A DNA stretch of 51,341 bases from Kofleriaceae bacterium (GTDB lineage: Bacteria; Myxococcota_A; Polyangia; Haliangiales; Haliangiaceae), in contig JBKJLC010000133.1 of assembly GCA_046597055.1 (NCBI GenBank), forward strand, positions 1 through 51,341, given 5' to 3'. Below, one piece after another: positions 38,736-46,134 of this stretch; the stretch's first letter is position 1; every line of letters begins with the position of its first letter. The notes beneath the pieces were generated by a model that had not been told where the DNA came from, made no database searches, and worked only from the letters and a program-made list of their open reading frames with translations. The position numbers and the translations under genes were made by a program.

Positions 38736-39395
38736 ATGACCCGCTCGACCCTCGCCGCTGTCGCCCTCACCTCGACCCTCCTCGCCACCGCCGGCCTCGC
38801 CACCGCCCAGCCCGCCGACGTCTACCCGGTCGTCGCCGCGAAGGCCCCCGCCGCCGCGCGTCAGCACTCGATCAACGTCAGCCCGCTCGGGCTGATCGGC
38901 GGCGGCTTCAACGCGAACTACGAGTACCTGTCGCGCGGTCACCACGGCCTGCTGCTCGAGATCGGCAGCGGCGCCTGGGTGAACAACCATGCGAGCTCGC
39001 GCAATGGCGTGATGGTCAGCGAGACCGAGACCGATGGCCGCCACGGCACGGTCGGCGTCGGCTACCGCTACCACCTGCGCGGCCGCCAGCACGGCATGTT
39101 TCTCGGCGTCGTCCTGCATCACAACGTCGGCACCGCCAGCGTCCGCTCCACCAAGAACGGCCAGACCGTGGCGGGCAAGGACATCGCGTACGAGTCGAGC
39201 ACCGTCACCGCGCACGTCGGCAAGCGCTGGATGCTCACCGACGGGCTCAACCTGACCGCGCGCCTCGGCTTCGGCAGCGCCGAGCGCACGGTGACCGACG
39301 AGGACGCCGACCCGATGGCGGCCGCCGCGCTGCAGGACTCGATCGATGTCCCGGTCGCGATCGACGGCGAGCTCTCGCTCGGGTGGACCTTCTGA
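38736..39395 (+). CDS. Small outer-membrane beta-barrel protein (DUF3575-like)
   Basis: Signal peptide; INVSPLGL..G.FNANYE, GYRYH, terminal ELSLGWTF. Confidence 0.7.
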   Translation: MTRSTLAAVALTSTLLATAGLATAQPADVYPVVAAKAPAAARQHSINVSPLGLIGGGFNANYEYLSRGHHGLLLEIGSGAWVNNHASSRNGVMVSETETDGRHGTVGVGYRYHLRGRQHGMFLGVVLHHNVGTASVRSTKNGQTVAGKDIAYESSTVTAHVGKRWMLTDGLNLTARLGFGSAERTVTDEDADPMAAAALQDSIDVPVAIDGELSLGWTF

Positions 39396-39416
39396 GCCAG
39401 CCCGCGCGGGCGTGAC

Positions 39417-39491
39417 CCCGGCGCACCGGCTTGCCCCGATGCCTGGCTCCCGTCGGTGCACCCGGCGCACCGGCTGGCCCCGATGCCAGGC
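39417..39491. repeat. Two 31-bp direct repeats upstream of cobB
   Basis: cccggcgcaccggct(t/g)gccccgatgcc(t/a)ggc at 39417-39447 and 39461-39491. Confidence 0.75.
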
Positions 39492-39571
39492 CCCCGCCGA
39501 TGCGCCCGGCGCCACCACGGACGCACGAGGAAGCTCGTGCGTCCGTTATTGTCTCCCGTACACTGTGGCGC

Positions 39572-40264
39572 ATGGACTTCGCCGGATACCGTCGCATCGT
39601 CGTCCTCACCGGCGCGGGGTTGTCGCGCAGCGCTGGCCTGCCGACCTACCGGGGCCCGGGCGGGCTGTGGTCCGACCCGCAGCTCGCGGAGCTGTCGCAC
39701 GTGTCCGCGCTGGCCTCCCGGCGCGCCGAGGTGTGCCAGATGTTCTGGACGCTGCGGCAGGCGATCGCCGGCGCGGCCCCGACCGCGGCGCATCGCGCGC
39801 TGGCGGCGTTCGAGGCGCGGCTGGCGCCGGGCGCCACGCTGACCGTGCTCACGCAGAACGTCGACGGCTTCCACCAGGCGGCCGGCTCGCGCGCCGTGTG
39901 CGAGCTGCACGGGGGCCTGGCGCGCTGGCGCTGCGACCGGTGTCAGACCGAGCTGGTGCCCGCCGCGGGCGACGCCCCGGTGCATTGTGACGAGCCGATG
40001 CGGCCGAGCGTGGTGCTGTTCGGCGAGGCGCTGCCGCTCACCGCCGAGCGCACGATGAAGCACGCGCTGCGCGACTGCGATCTGTTCGTCGCGATCGGCA
40101 CCTCGGGCACGGTCGAGCCGGCGGCCAGCCTGGTCCGCTGGGCGGCGCTGAACCACGCGCGACGCGTGCTGCTCAACCTCGAGATCTTCGACGGCGCGCG
40201 CGCGCAGTTCACCGAGTGCCACGCCGGACCCGCCGACGAGCTGGTGCCGGCGATGTTCGTCTGA
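39572..40264 (+). CDS. cobB: Sir2-family NAD-dependent deacylase
   Basis: LTGAGLS..AGLPTYRG..GLW, TQNVD, ELHG, CDRC, RPSVVLFGE, IGTSG.V.PAA. Confidence 0.9.
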   Translation: MDFAGYRRIVVLTGAGLSRSAGLPTYRGPGGLWSDPQLAELSHVSALASRRAEVCQMFWTLRQAIAGAAPTAAHRALAAFEARLAPGATLTVLTQNVDGFHQAAGSRAVCELHGGLARWRCDRCQTELVPAAGDAPVHCDEPMRPSVVLFGEALPLTAERTMKHALRDCDLFVAIGTSGTVEPAASLVRWAALNHARRVLLNLEIFDGARAQFTECHAGPADELVPAMFV

Positions 40265-40328
40265 TTCGAGCCGAGCGCCGCGAGGCGGCGCCGGAGCGCC
40301 GGTGCTCGAGCGCGGCGGTCGGCTCGGT

Positions 40329-40712
40329 TCATGCCGCCGAGGCGGCGATCGACGCGGGTCGCGATCGCGGCGCCGGCTGGCTGCCCATCGCGAGGCCGCA
40401 GTGCAGGCACCGACGGCTCGCGGCGCCGTGCGGCAGCAGCGTCGACGCGAACCTATCCTGGCACCGGGGGCACCGGAACGTGCTGGCGTGGAACGCCAGC
40501 GCCAGCGTGATCAGCGCGCTCGGCGCCACCACGACGAACCACAACGTCTCGTACGCGGTCGGCCCCGCGATCGCCTGGAGCAGGATCAAGCTGCACAGCG
40601 CGAGCGGTGCCCATCCGAAGAACCCGAGCCACTGGTTGCGGCGGCGCCGGCGCAGGTCGGCCCAGGCCAGATCGTACGCAGCGGGTGCGGAGTGGGACTC
40701 GAGAGACGTCAT
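40329..40712 (-). CDS. Small membrane protein with C-terminal Zn-ribbon
   Basis: Two hydrophobic helices then FRCPRC...RCLHCG. Confidence 0.65.
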   Translation of the reverse strand: MTSLESHSAPAAYDLAWADLRRRRRNQWLGFFGWAPLALCSLILLQAIAGPTAYETLWFVVVAPSALITLALAFHASTFRCPRCQDRFASTLLPHGAASRRCLHCGLAMGSQPAPRSRPASIAASAA

Positions 40713-41064
40713 CGCCGGTCCAGTGTGAGCGCTGGGCTCGGGTCACGCGCTGGCAGTCTGCGGCGGGCTTCAGCCATCTCTGCCGGGCCTCGTCACGCTG
40801 ATCGACGCCGAGCTCGGCAAGGTCAACGCTGCGATCAAGCACGGCGGCGGCCGGGCAGCTACCGCGAGGCGGTCGTGATGAAGTGGGGCGAGCCGCAGGC
40901 CAGGATGATCTCGCCGTTCGACTGAACCGGAGCGCAGCGTCGTCCCAGATCGAACGTGCGCGCGCCAGGCGCTCTGCGAAGTCACGCCGCGTGCGCTACG
41001 GCTCGACGAGCGCGAGCGCTCGTGATCAGGGAGGCAGGTCTCCGAAAATACAACTGGCAGCACG

Positions 41065-41080
41065 TGGCACGCATGATGCT
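41065..41080 (+). promoter_or_regulatory. Putative sigma54 promoter
   Basis: TGGCACGCATGATGCT = GG-N10-GC with perfect TGGCACG -24 box. Confidence 0.7.
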
Positions 41081-41092
41081 GATGACGTGAGC

Positions 41093-41362
41093 ATGGACAT
41101 CCTCACCTGGATCATCGTGGGTCTCGTGGCCGGAGTGCTTGCGTCGCTCCTGGTTGGAGGCTCGGGCTACGGGATCATCGGCGACATCGTCGTCGGCGTG
41201 GTCGGCGCTTTCCTGGGCGGCATCCTGTTCCGCTCGGCGGGCTGGCACGCGCCGTTCGATGGGCTCGCCGGCGTGATATTCGTGGCCTTCATCGGCTCAG
41301 TCTTGCTCTTGCTAATCCTGGGCCTCGTCCGACGGTCGACCTTGCGAGGCAGGCGCGGCTGA
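41093..41362 (+). CDS. GlsB/YeaQ/YmgE (transglycosylase-associated) stress membrane protein
   Basis: WIIVGLVAGVLA...GIIGDIVVGVVGAFLGG...AFIGSVLLL. Confidence 0.92.
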   Translation: MDILTWIIVGLVAGVLASLLVGGSGYGIIGDIVVGVVGAFLGGILFRSAGWHAPFDGLAGVIFVAFIGSVLLLLILGLVRRSTLRGRRG

Positions 41363-41389
41363 GATCGCTCACCACGCCCCGATGACCTG

Positions 41390-41419
41390 ACGCCGGCCAC
41401 GTGCCGGCGTGTCTATTTT
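41390..41419 (+). terminator. Probable intrinsic terminator
   Basis: ACGCCGGC-cacgt-GCCGGCGT stem-loop followed by GTCTATTTT. Confidence 0.55.
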
Positions 41420-41577
41420 CGGTCGGCGCATGGCCGTCCTCACCCGCGGCAGCGTTCAGATCAGGGTGTGCTGCGCAGGCCGAGGACGAAGCCGGTCGCG
41501 CCCAGGTCGTCGGCGATCTCGGAGGCGATCGGCACGGTGAGGGTCATCGCGGCGGTGACCAGCATGTATAGACTTGG

Positions 41578-42201
41578 ATGGTGAACGACAAGGCGCTCAT
41601 TGTGGTCGACCTGCAGTACGACTTCTGTCCCGGCGGGGCGCTGCAGGTCGCGCGTGGGGACGAGACCCTCGAGGTAGCCAACCGGGTCGCGCGCCAGTTC
41701 GAGCTGGTGGTGGCGACCCAGGACTGGCATCCGCCCGAGCACGGCAGCTTCGCGGCGAACCACCCGGGCACCGAGCCGTACCAGGTGATCGATCTCCAGG
41801 GACTGCCGCAGGTGCTGTGGCCGCCGCACTGCGTGCAAGGCACCCGCGGCGCCGCGCTGCACGACGCGCTCGATCAGGCGCGGATCGCCCGGGTGTTCCC
41901 CAAGGGCACCGACCCGGCGATCGATAGCTACAGCGGCTTCTGGGACAACGGCAAGCGCAAGTCGACCGGCCTCGGCGACTGGCTGCGGGCCCAGGGCGTG
42001 ACCTCGGTGTACGTGCTCGGTCTGGCCACCGACTACTGCGTGAAGGCCACCGCGATCGACGCCGCCGACGAGGGCTTCGCGACCTTCTTGATCGAGGACG
42101 GCTGTCGCGCGGTCGAGCTGGCGCCCGGCGACGGCGACCGCGCGGTCGAGGCGATGCGCGCGGCCGGCGTGGTGATCGTCGACAGTCGTCAGCTCGGCTG
42201 A
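41578..42201 (+). CDS. pncA: Nicotinamidase/pyrazinamidase
   Basis: VVDLQYDFCPGGAL, TQDWHP, WPPHCVQ, KG..DSYSGF, GLATDYCV; real start may be GTG 41581. Confidence 0.96.
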   Translation: MVNDKALIVVDLQYDFCPGGALQVARGDETLEVANRVARQFELVVATQDWHPPEHGSFAANHPGTEPYQVIDLQGLPQVLWPPHCVQGTRGAALHDALDQARIARVFPKGTDPAIDSYSGFWDNGKRKSTGLGDWLRAQGVTSVYVLGLATDYCVKATAIDAADEGFATFLIEDGCRAVELAPGDGDRAVEAMRAAGVVIVDSRQLG

Positions 42202-43265
42202 CGTCGGCGCGCGGACTCGTCGCGGATGCGGGCGTGCTCGAGCAGCAGGTGGGTCACCGACTCCGCGAGCTCGGGCTCGCCGTCGATGGTGCCGGCGGCG
42301 AGCTCGAAGTGACCGTCGGACCAGTCGAGGACGCGCATCAGGGCCGAGCGCGAGTCGCCGCGCGCGTCGGAGGCGCGGACCCGGACCAGGCGGCCGTCGA
42401 CGAACGACATCCACGCGACCAGCTCGTCGCGGGTGAGCGTGAGCACGCCGGACTTGCGCTCTTGCTCGAGCATCGTGAGCAGCGAGGGCAGGCTGACCTG
42501 ATCGACCGCGCCGCGCAGGAGCACCCGCTCGCCGCCCTTCCCGCTGAGGCGCGCCAGCCGGCGGGCGCGCAGGATGATCTCGAGCGCGGTGAACGGCTTG
42601 GGGATGAAGTCCATCGCGCCGCACTGGAACGCCTCGAGGCGCACGAGGTCCGTCGCGTGCTCGGACATGATCATCACCGGCACGCTGGCGAGCTGGGTGT
42701 GACGGCCCAGCTCGTCGAGGAGCTTGAGGCCGCCGATCACCGGCATGTCGAGCGCGGCCAGCACCACGTCGGGGCTGCGCGTCAGGGCCGCGCCGAGGGC
42801 CTCCATGCCGTTGGTCGCGGTCGCGACCGAGAAGCCGGCGTTGCCGAGCGTGGTCGACAGCCGCTCCAGCAGCCGGGTCGACGGATCGGCGACCACGATG
42901 CGCAGCTCGTCGGGCTTGTCGGTCACCTGCGGGCTGGTCTCGATCAGCCGCAGGAGCTCGAGCAGGAACTCGAGCTCCCCGGGCTCGTGCGGCGGCGCGC
43001 GGAACCGCAGGCCGACGCCGGCGTGGCGGCCCAGGGTCTGGGCCTCGGCCTCGCCCAGGCTGTGCACGACCTGCGCGCTGCTGCCGAGCGGGACGCCGCG
43101 CAGCAGCAGGGAGACCTGGACCACGGTGCCCACCGGCAGCGGCGGGTTCATCCGCACGAACATGCCGGTCGGGGTCACGTCCTGGGAGACGGCACGCATC
43201 GTCCGGCCCCCGCCGGTCAGCTCGACCGTGAGGTTCATGACAATACGAGCGACGCGCCGGCGCAT
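42189..43265 (-). CDS. PilZ-receiver-DUF4388 (PatA-N) signalling protein
   Basis: RRRVAR and DVTPTGMF PilZ motifs; receiver fold ending GAMDFIPKPF; LRGAVDQVSLPSLLTMLEQERKSGVL...W.DGHFE DUF4388 pattern. Confidence 0.82.
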   Translation of the reverse strand: MRRRVARIVMNLTVELTGGGRTMRAVSQDVTPTGMFVRMNPPLPVGTVVQVSLLLRGVPLGSSAQVVHSLGEAEAQTLGRHAGVGLRFRAPPHEPGELEFLLELLRLIETSPQVTDKPDELRIVVADPSTRLLERLSTTLGNAGFSVATATNGMEALGAALTRSPDVVLAALDMPVIGGLKLLDELGRHTQLASVPVMIMSEHATDLVRLEAFQCGAMDFIPKPFTALEIILRARRLARLSGKGGERVLLRGAVDQVSLPSLLTMLEQERKSGVLTLTRDELVAWMSFVDGRLVRVRASDARGDSRSALMRVLDWSDGHFELAAGTIDGEPELAESVTHLLLEHARIRDESARRRQPS

Positions 43266-43289
43266 GGCGTTCGCGTACCATCTTTTTGG

Positions 43290-43316
43290 TTAACGGTACC
43301 GGCCCGATTCCGTCCT
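43290..43316 (+). promoter_or_regulatory. Putative ECF-sigma promoter
   Basis: TAAC (43291-94), 16-bp spacer, CGTC (43311-14), upstream of an operon that encodes an ECF sigma. Confidence 0.6.
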
Positions 43317-43339
43317 CTCCCCAGAACGGAGCGGAAACC

Positions 43340-43687
43340 ATGTCCCACAAGCGCAAGATCCTGACCATGCTGCTGCTCTCGGCCACCCCGGCCCTCGCGG
43401 CGGTCCCGCCCACCACCCTCGAGATCGGCGCCGCTGCGGTGCCGATGTCGCCCGACCTGGCCCCGGCGCCGCGTCCACCGCCGCCCGACGACGCCGCCCC
43501 GCGCGCGCTGCTGGTGCTGCGGCGCGAGCTGATCCAGGCCGGTCCGGACCGCGGACGAACCGAGCTGCCGCGGTTCCGGCCGCTGTGCGATGTCGACGGC
43601 TTCCCGCTGGTCGGCAACGTCGCCAGCAAGGGCAACTTGTACCAGCCGAGCGCGTTCTGCGCCGACGTCCGCAAGGCCGGCGCGTGA
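43340..43687 (+). CDS. Small secreted protein with two Cys (115 aa), function unknown
   Basis: Signal peptide MSHKRKILTMLLLSATPALA, Pro-rich linker, FRPLCDVDGFPLVGN...PSAFC; GGAG ribosome site; GTGA overlap with next gene. Confidence 0.75.
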   Translation: MSHKRKILTMLLLSATPALAAVPPTTLEIGAAAVPMSPDLAPAPRPPPPDDAAPRALLVLRRELIQAGPDRGRTELPRFRPLCDVDGFPLVGNVASKGNLYQPSAFCADVRKAGA

Positions 43688-44484
43688 CGGTCCGCGCGTT
43701 CGAGGTGACGACGCTGATGGGCGGTCCCTGGGCCCGACGCGTGCAACCTCGGCGCGCGTGGATCGACCAGCTGCCGTGGGCCGAACCGGTGCCGCTCGGA
43801 GCCGACCAGGGTCTGGCCGCCCAGCTGGTGTGGACCCGCACCGCGTTCAGCGAGTACGCCAGCGCGGCGGCGTTCGCCGAGATCGCCAGCGCGCTGCTGG
43901 CCTGTGGCGCCCCGATCGATCTGGTCGCCGCGGCAGGCGACTTCGTGGTCGACGAGATCGTCCACACCGAAGCGGCGGCGCGGCTCGCCGGCGCGCTCGG
44001 TGGCGCGGTCGCGCTCGAGGTCGATCTGAGCCGGCTGGTACGGCCACCGACCGGGGGCGATCCGCTGCTGCGGGCCGCCGAGCTGATCGTGCGGACGTCG
44101 TGCGTCGGCGAGGCGTTGACGGTGCCGATGCTCAAGCTGTCGGGCCGCCTGGCCGGGGCCCCGCTGATCGACCAGGCGATCGCCCACATCGTCGCCGACG
44201 AGTCGAGCCACGCCCAGCTCGGCTGGTGGTTCCTCGACTGGGCCGACCCGCGGCTCGAGGACGACGCCCGCGCGCACCTGGGCCGGGTCGCCGGCGCGGC
44301 GCTCCGCGGGTTCGCGCCGCTGCTCGATGCCGCGTGCGGCGCGAGCGGCCTCGGCGTGGTGCCGTGCGAACAGTACGACCCCGCCTTTGCCGGAGCCGCG
44401 GTCCGCCAGGTCGCCGCGCCGCTGGCCGCGCGCGGGATCGTGGTCCCCCTCGATGACCTTGCCGCGGTCGGCGCGGTCGGGTAG
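43684..44484 (+). CDS. Ferritin-like diiron-carboxylate protein
   Basis: Ligand pattern E (FSEYAS), ExxH (DEIVH), E (VGEAL), ExxH (DESSH); no signal peptide. Confidence 0.82.
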   Translation: MTVRAFEVTTLMGGPWARRVQPRRAWIDQLPWAEPVPLGADQGLAAQLVWTRTAFSEYASAAAFAEIASALLACGAPIDLVAAAGDFVVDEIVHTEAAARLAGALGGAVALEVDLSRLVRPPTGGDPLLRAAELIVRTSCVGEALTVPMLKLSGRLAGAPLIDQAIAHIVADESSHAQLGWWFLDWADPRLEDDARAHLGRVAGAALRGFAPLLDAACGASGLGVVPCEQYDPAFAGAAVRQVAAPLAARGIVVPLDDLAAVGAVG

Positions 44485-44489
44485 GCGGC

Positions 44490-45092
44490 GTGGCGAGGGC
44501 GCTGACCATGCTGACCGCGGCCCTGCTCGAGAGCCGGCCGGTGGCGGCGTCGCGCCCGTCGGTCGAGGTGGTCGAGGCCAGCGTCGCCGAGCTGGTGGTC
44601 GCGGTGCAGGGCGGCAGTCGGGCCGCGTTCACCAGCCTGTACGCGCGCTTCCACCGGGTGGTCCACGCGGTCGTGCTGGCGCGGGTGCCGCCGCGTGACG
44701 CCGGTGACGTGGTCCAGGACGTGTTCGCCGACTGCTGGGTCAAGCTCGCCGGCCTGCGCGAGCCGGCCGCGTTCCCGGGCTGGATCCTGGCGATGGCCCG
44801 CCACCGTGCGATCGATCACGCACGCCGGCAGCGCCCGACCGATCCGGCCGGCGACGTCGCGGTCGATCCGCCGCCGCGCGCCGAGGCGGTCGCCGCCCTG
44901 CGCGCGATCCGGGCGCTGCCCGAGACCTATCGCGAGACCTTGATCATGCGGCTGGTCGAGGGGCTGACCGGCCCCGAGATCGCCGAGCGCACCGGGATGA
45001 CGCCCGACTCGGTCCGCGTCCACTTGCACCGCGGCATGAAGCTGCTCCGCGAACGGCTCACCGACGGTGCGGCGGGCGAAGGCACCCGATGA
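44490..45092 (+). CDS. ECF sigma factor
   Basis: AFTSLY, DVVQDVF, FPGWI..MARHRAID, LPETYRE, GLTGPEIA, VRVHLHRG; alternative ATG 44508. Confidence 0.93.
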   Translation: MARALTMLTAALLESRPVAASRPSVEVVEASVAELVVAVQGGSRAAFTSLYARFHRVVHAVVLARVPPRDAGDVVQDVFADCWVKLAGLREPAAFPGWILAMARHRAIDHARRQRPTDPAGDVAVDPPPRAEAVAALRAIRALPETYRETLIMRLVEGLTGPEIAERTGMTPDSVRVHLHRGMKLLRERLTDGAAGEGTR

Positions 45093-46063
45093 GCGACTAC
45101 CTGTTCGATCCGGAATCCGGCGCGCCCGACCCCGAGGTCGCCGCGCTCGAGGCGCTGCTCGGCGGGTACGCGCACCGGGCGCCCCTGCGCGCGCCGCGGT
45201 CGCCCCATCGTCGGCGCTGGATCGGGGCCGCGGTCGCGATCGGCGCGGCCGCGGTCGCGGCGGCGATCGCGCTCGTGCTGGTGCGTGGCGACCAGGGCGC
45301 GGTGGTCCCGGGCTGCGCCGGCGCGGGCCCCGGGTTCCGGTTCGCGGTGACCGGCGGTGCGGCGCGCTGCGGCGGGGCCAGCGCAGCGACCGGCACCCTG
45401 CCGGTCGGGGCCTGGCTCGAGACCGCGCGCGATGGCGTGGTGGATGTCCGGGTCGCGGACATCGGCGACGTCCAGGTCTACGGCGACTCGCGGCTGCGCC
45501 TGGTCGGCACCGGTCCCGGCGAGCATCGGCTCGAGTTGGCCCGCGGCCGGCTGTCGGCGCGGGTGCTGGCGCCGCCGCGGCTGTTCGTGATCGACACCCC
45601 GGTGGCGACCGCGGTCGATCTTGGCTGCGCGTACGAGCTGATCGTCGAGCCGGACGGGCGCACCCTGCTGCGGGTCACCTCGGGCGCGGTCTCGCTCGAG
45701 GGCCGCGGTCGCCAGGCCTACGTGCCGATGGGCACCGAGGTGCTGTCGGCGCCGGGGCGCGGGCCGGGCACGCCGGTTGCCTCCGACGCGGCGGCGCCCC
45801 TGCGCGCGGCGGTGACCGCCTTCGACGCCGGCGAGGGCGCCGCGCTCGCCGAGGTGATCACGGCGGCCGGGCCCCGCGACATCATGACCCTGTGGAACCT
45901 GCTCGGCCGCACCACCGGCGCCGATCGCGCGCGCGTGTTCGCGGCGCTCGATGCCCTGACGATCCGGCCCGAGTGGGTGCTGGAGGAGGCGATCCTCACT
46001 GGCGATCCGGAGGCGCTCGCGGCCTGGCGAGCGAGCCTGGACGGGGAATGGATGATGAGGTGA
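45089..46063 (+). CDS. FecR-domain anti-sigma factor
   Basis: Short N-terminus, single TM, then GAWLET, SRLRL, LELARGRL, FVIDTP..AVDLG, LRVTSGAV; ATGA overlap with sigma. Confidence 0.82.
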   Translation: MSDYLFDPESGAPDPEVAALEALLGGYAHRAPLRAPRSPHRRRWIGAAVAIGAAAVAAAIALVLVRGDQGAVVPGCAGAGPGFRFAVTGGAARCGGASAATGTLPVGAWLETARDGVVDVRVADIGDVQVYGDSRLRLVGTGPGEHRLELARGRLSARVLAPPRLFVIDTPVATAVDLGCAYELIVEPDGRTLLRVTSGAVSLEGRGRQAYVPMGTEVLSAPGRGPGTPVASDAAAPLRAAVTAFDAGEGAALAEVITAAGPRDIMTLWNLLGRTTGADRARVFAALDALTIRPEWVLEEAILTGDPEALAAWRASLDGEWMMR

Positions 46064-46134
46064 TCTGACCGCACGTCAGCCAGCGCAAACCGCTGGCGGT
46101 CGGGCCCGCCTCGGTGATAGAGCGTGGGATCAGC

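Noticed and set aside
39417..39491. 31-bp repeats read as CRISPR
   Set aside because: Two copies with a 13-bp gap, too short for a spacer; no cas genes
39572..40264. Sir2 gene plus NAD salvage genes as an anti-phage or NAD-reconstitution system
   Set aside because: It is a stand-alone CobB-type deacylase with no defence partner (TIR, HerA, Argonaute) and no phage genes; the NAD operon is a standard NrtR regulon
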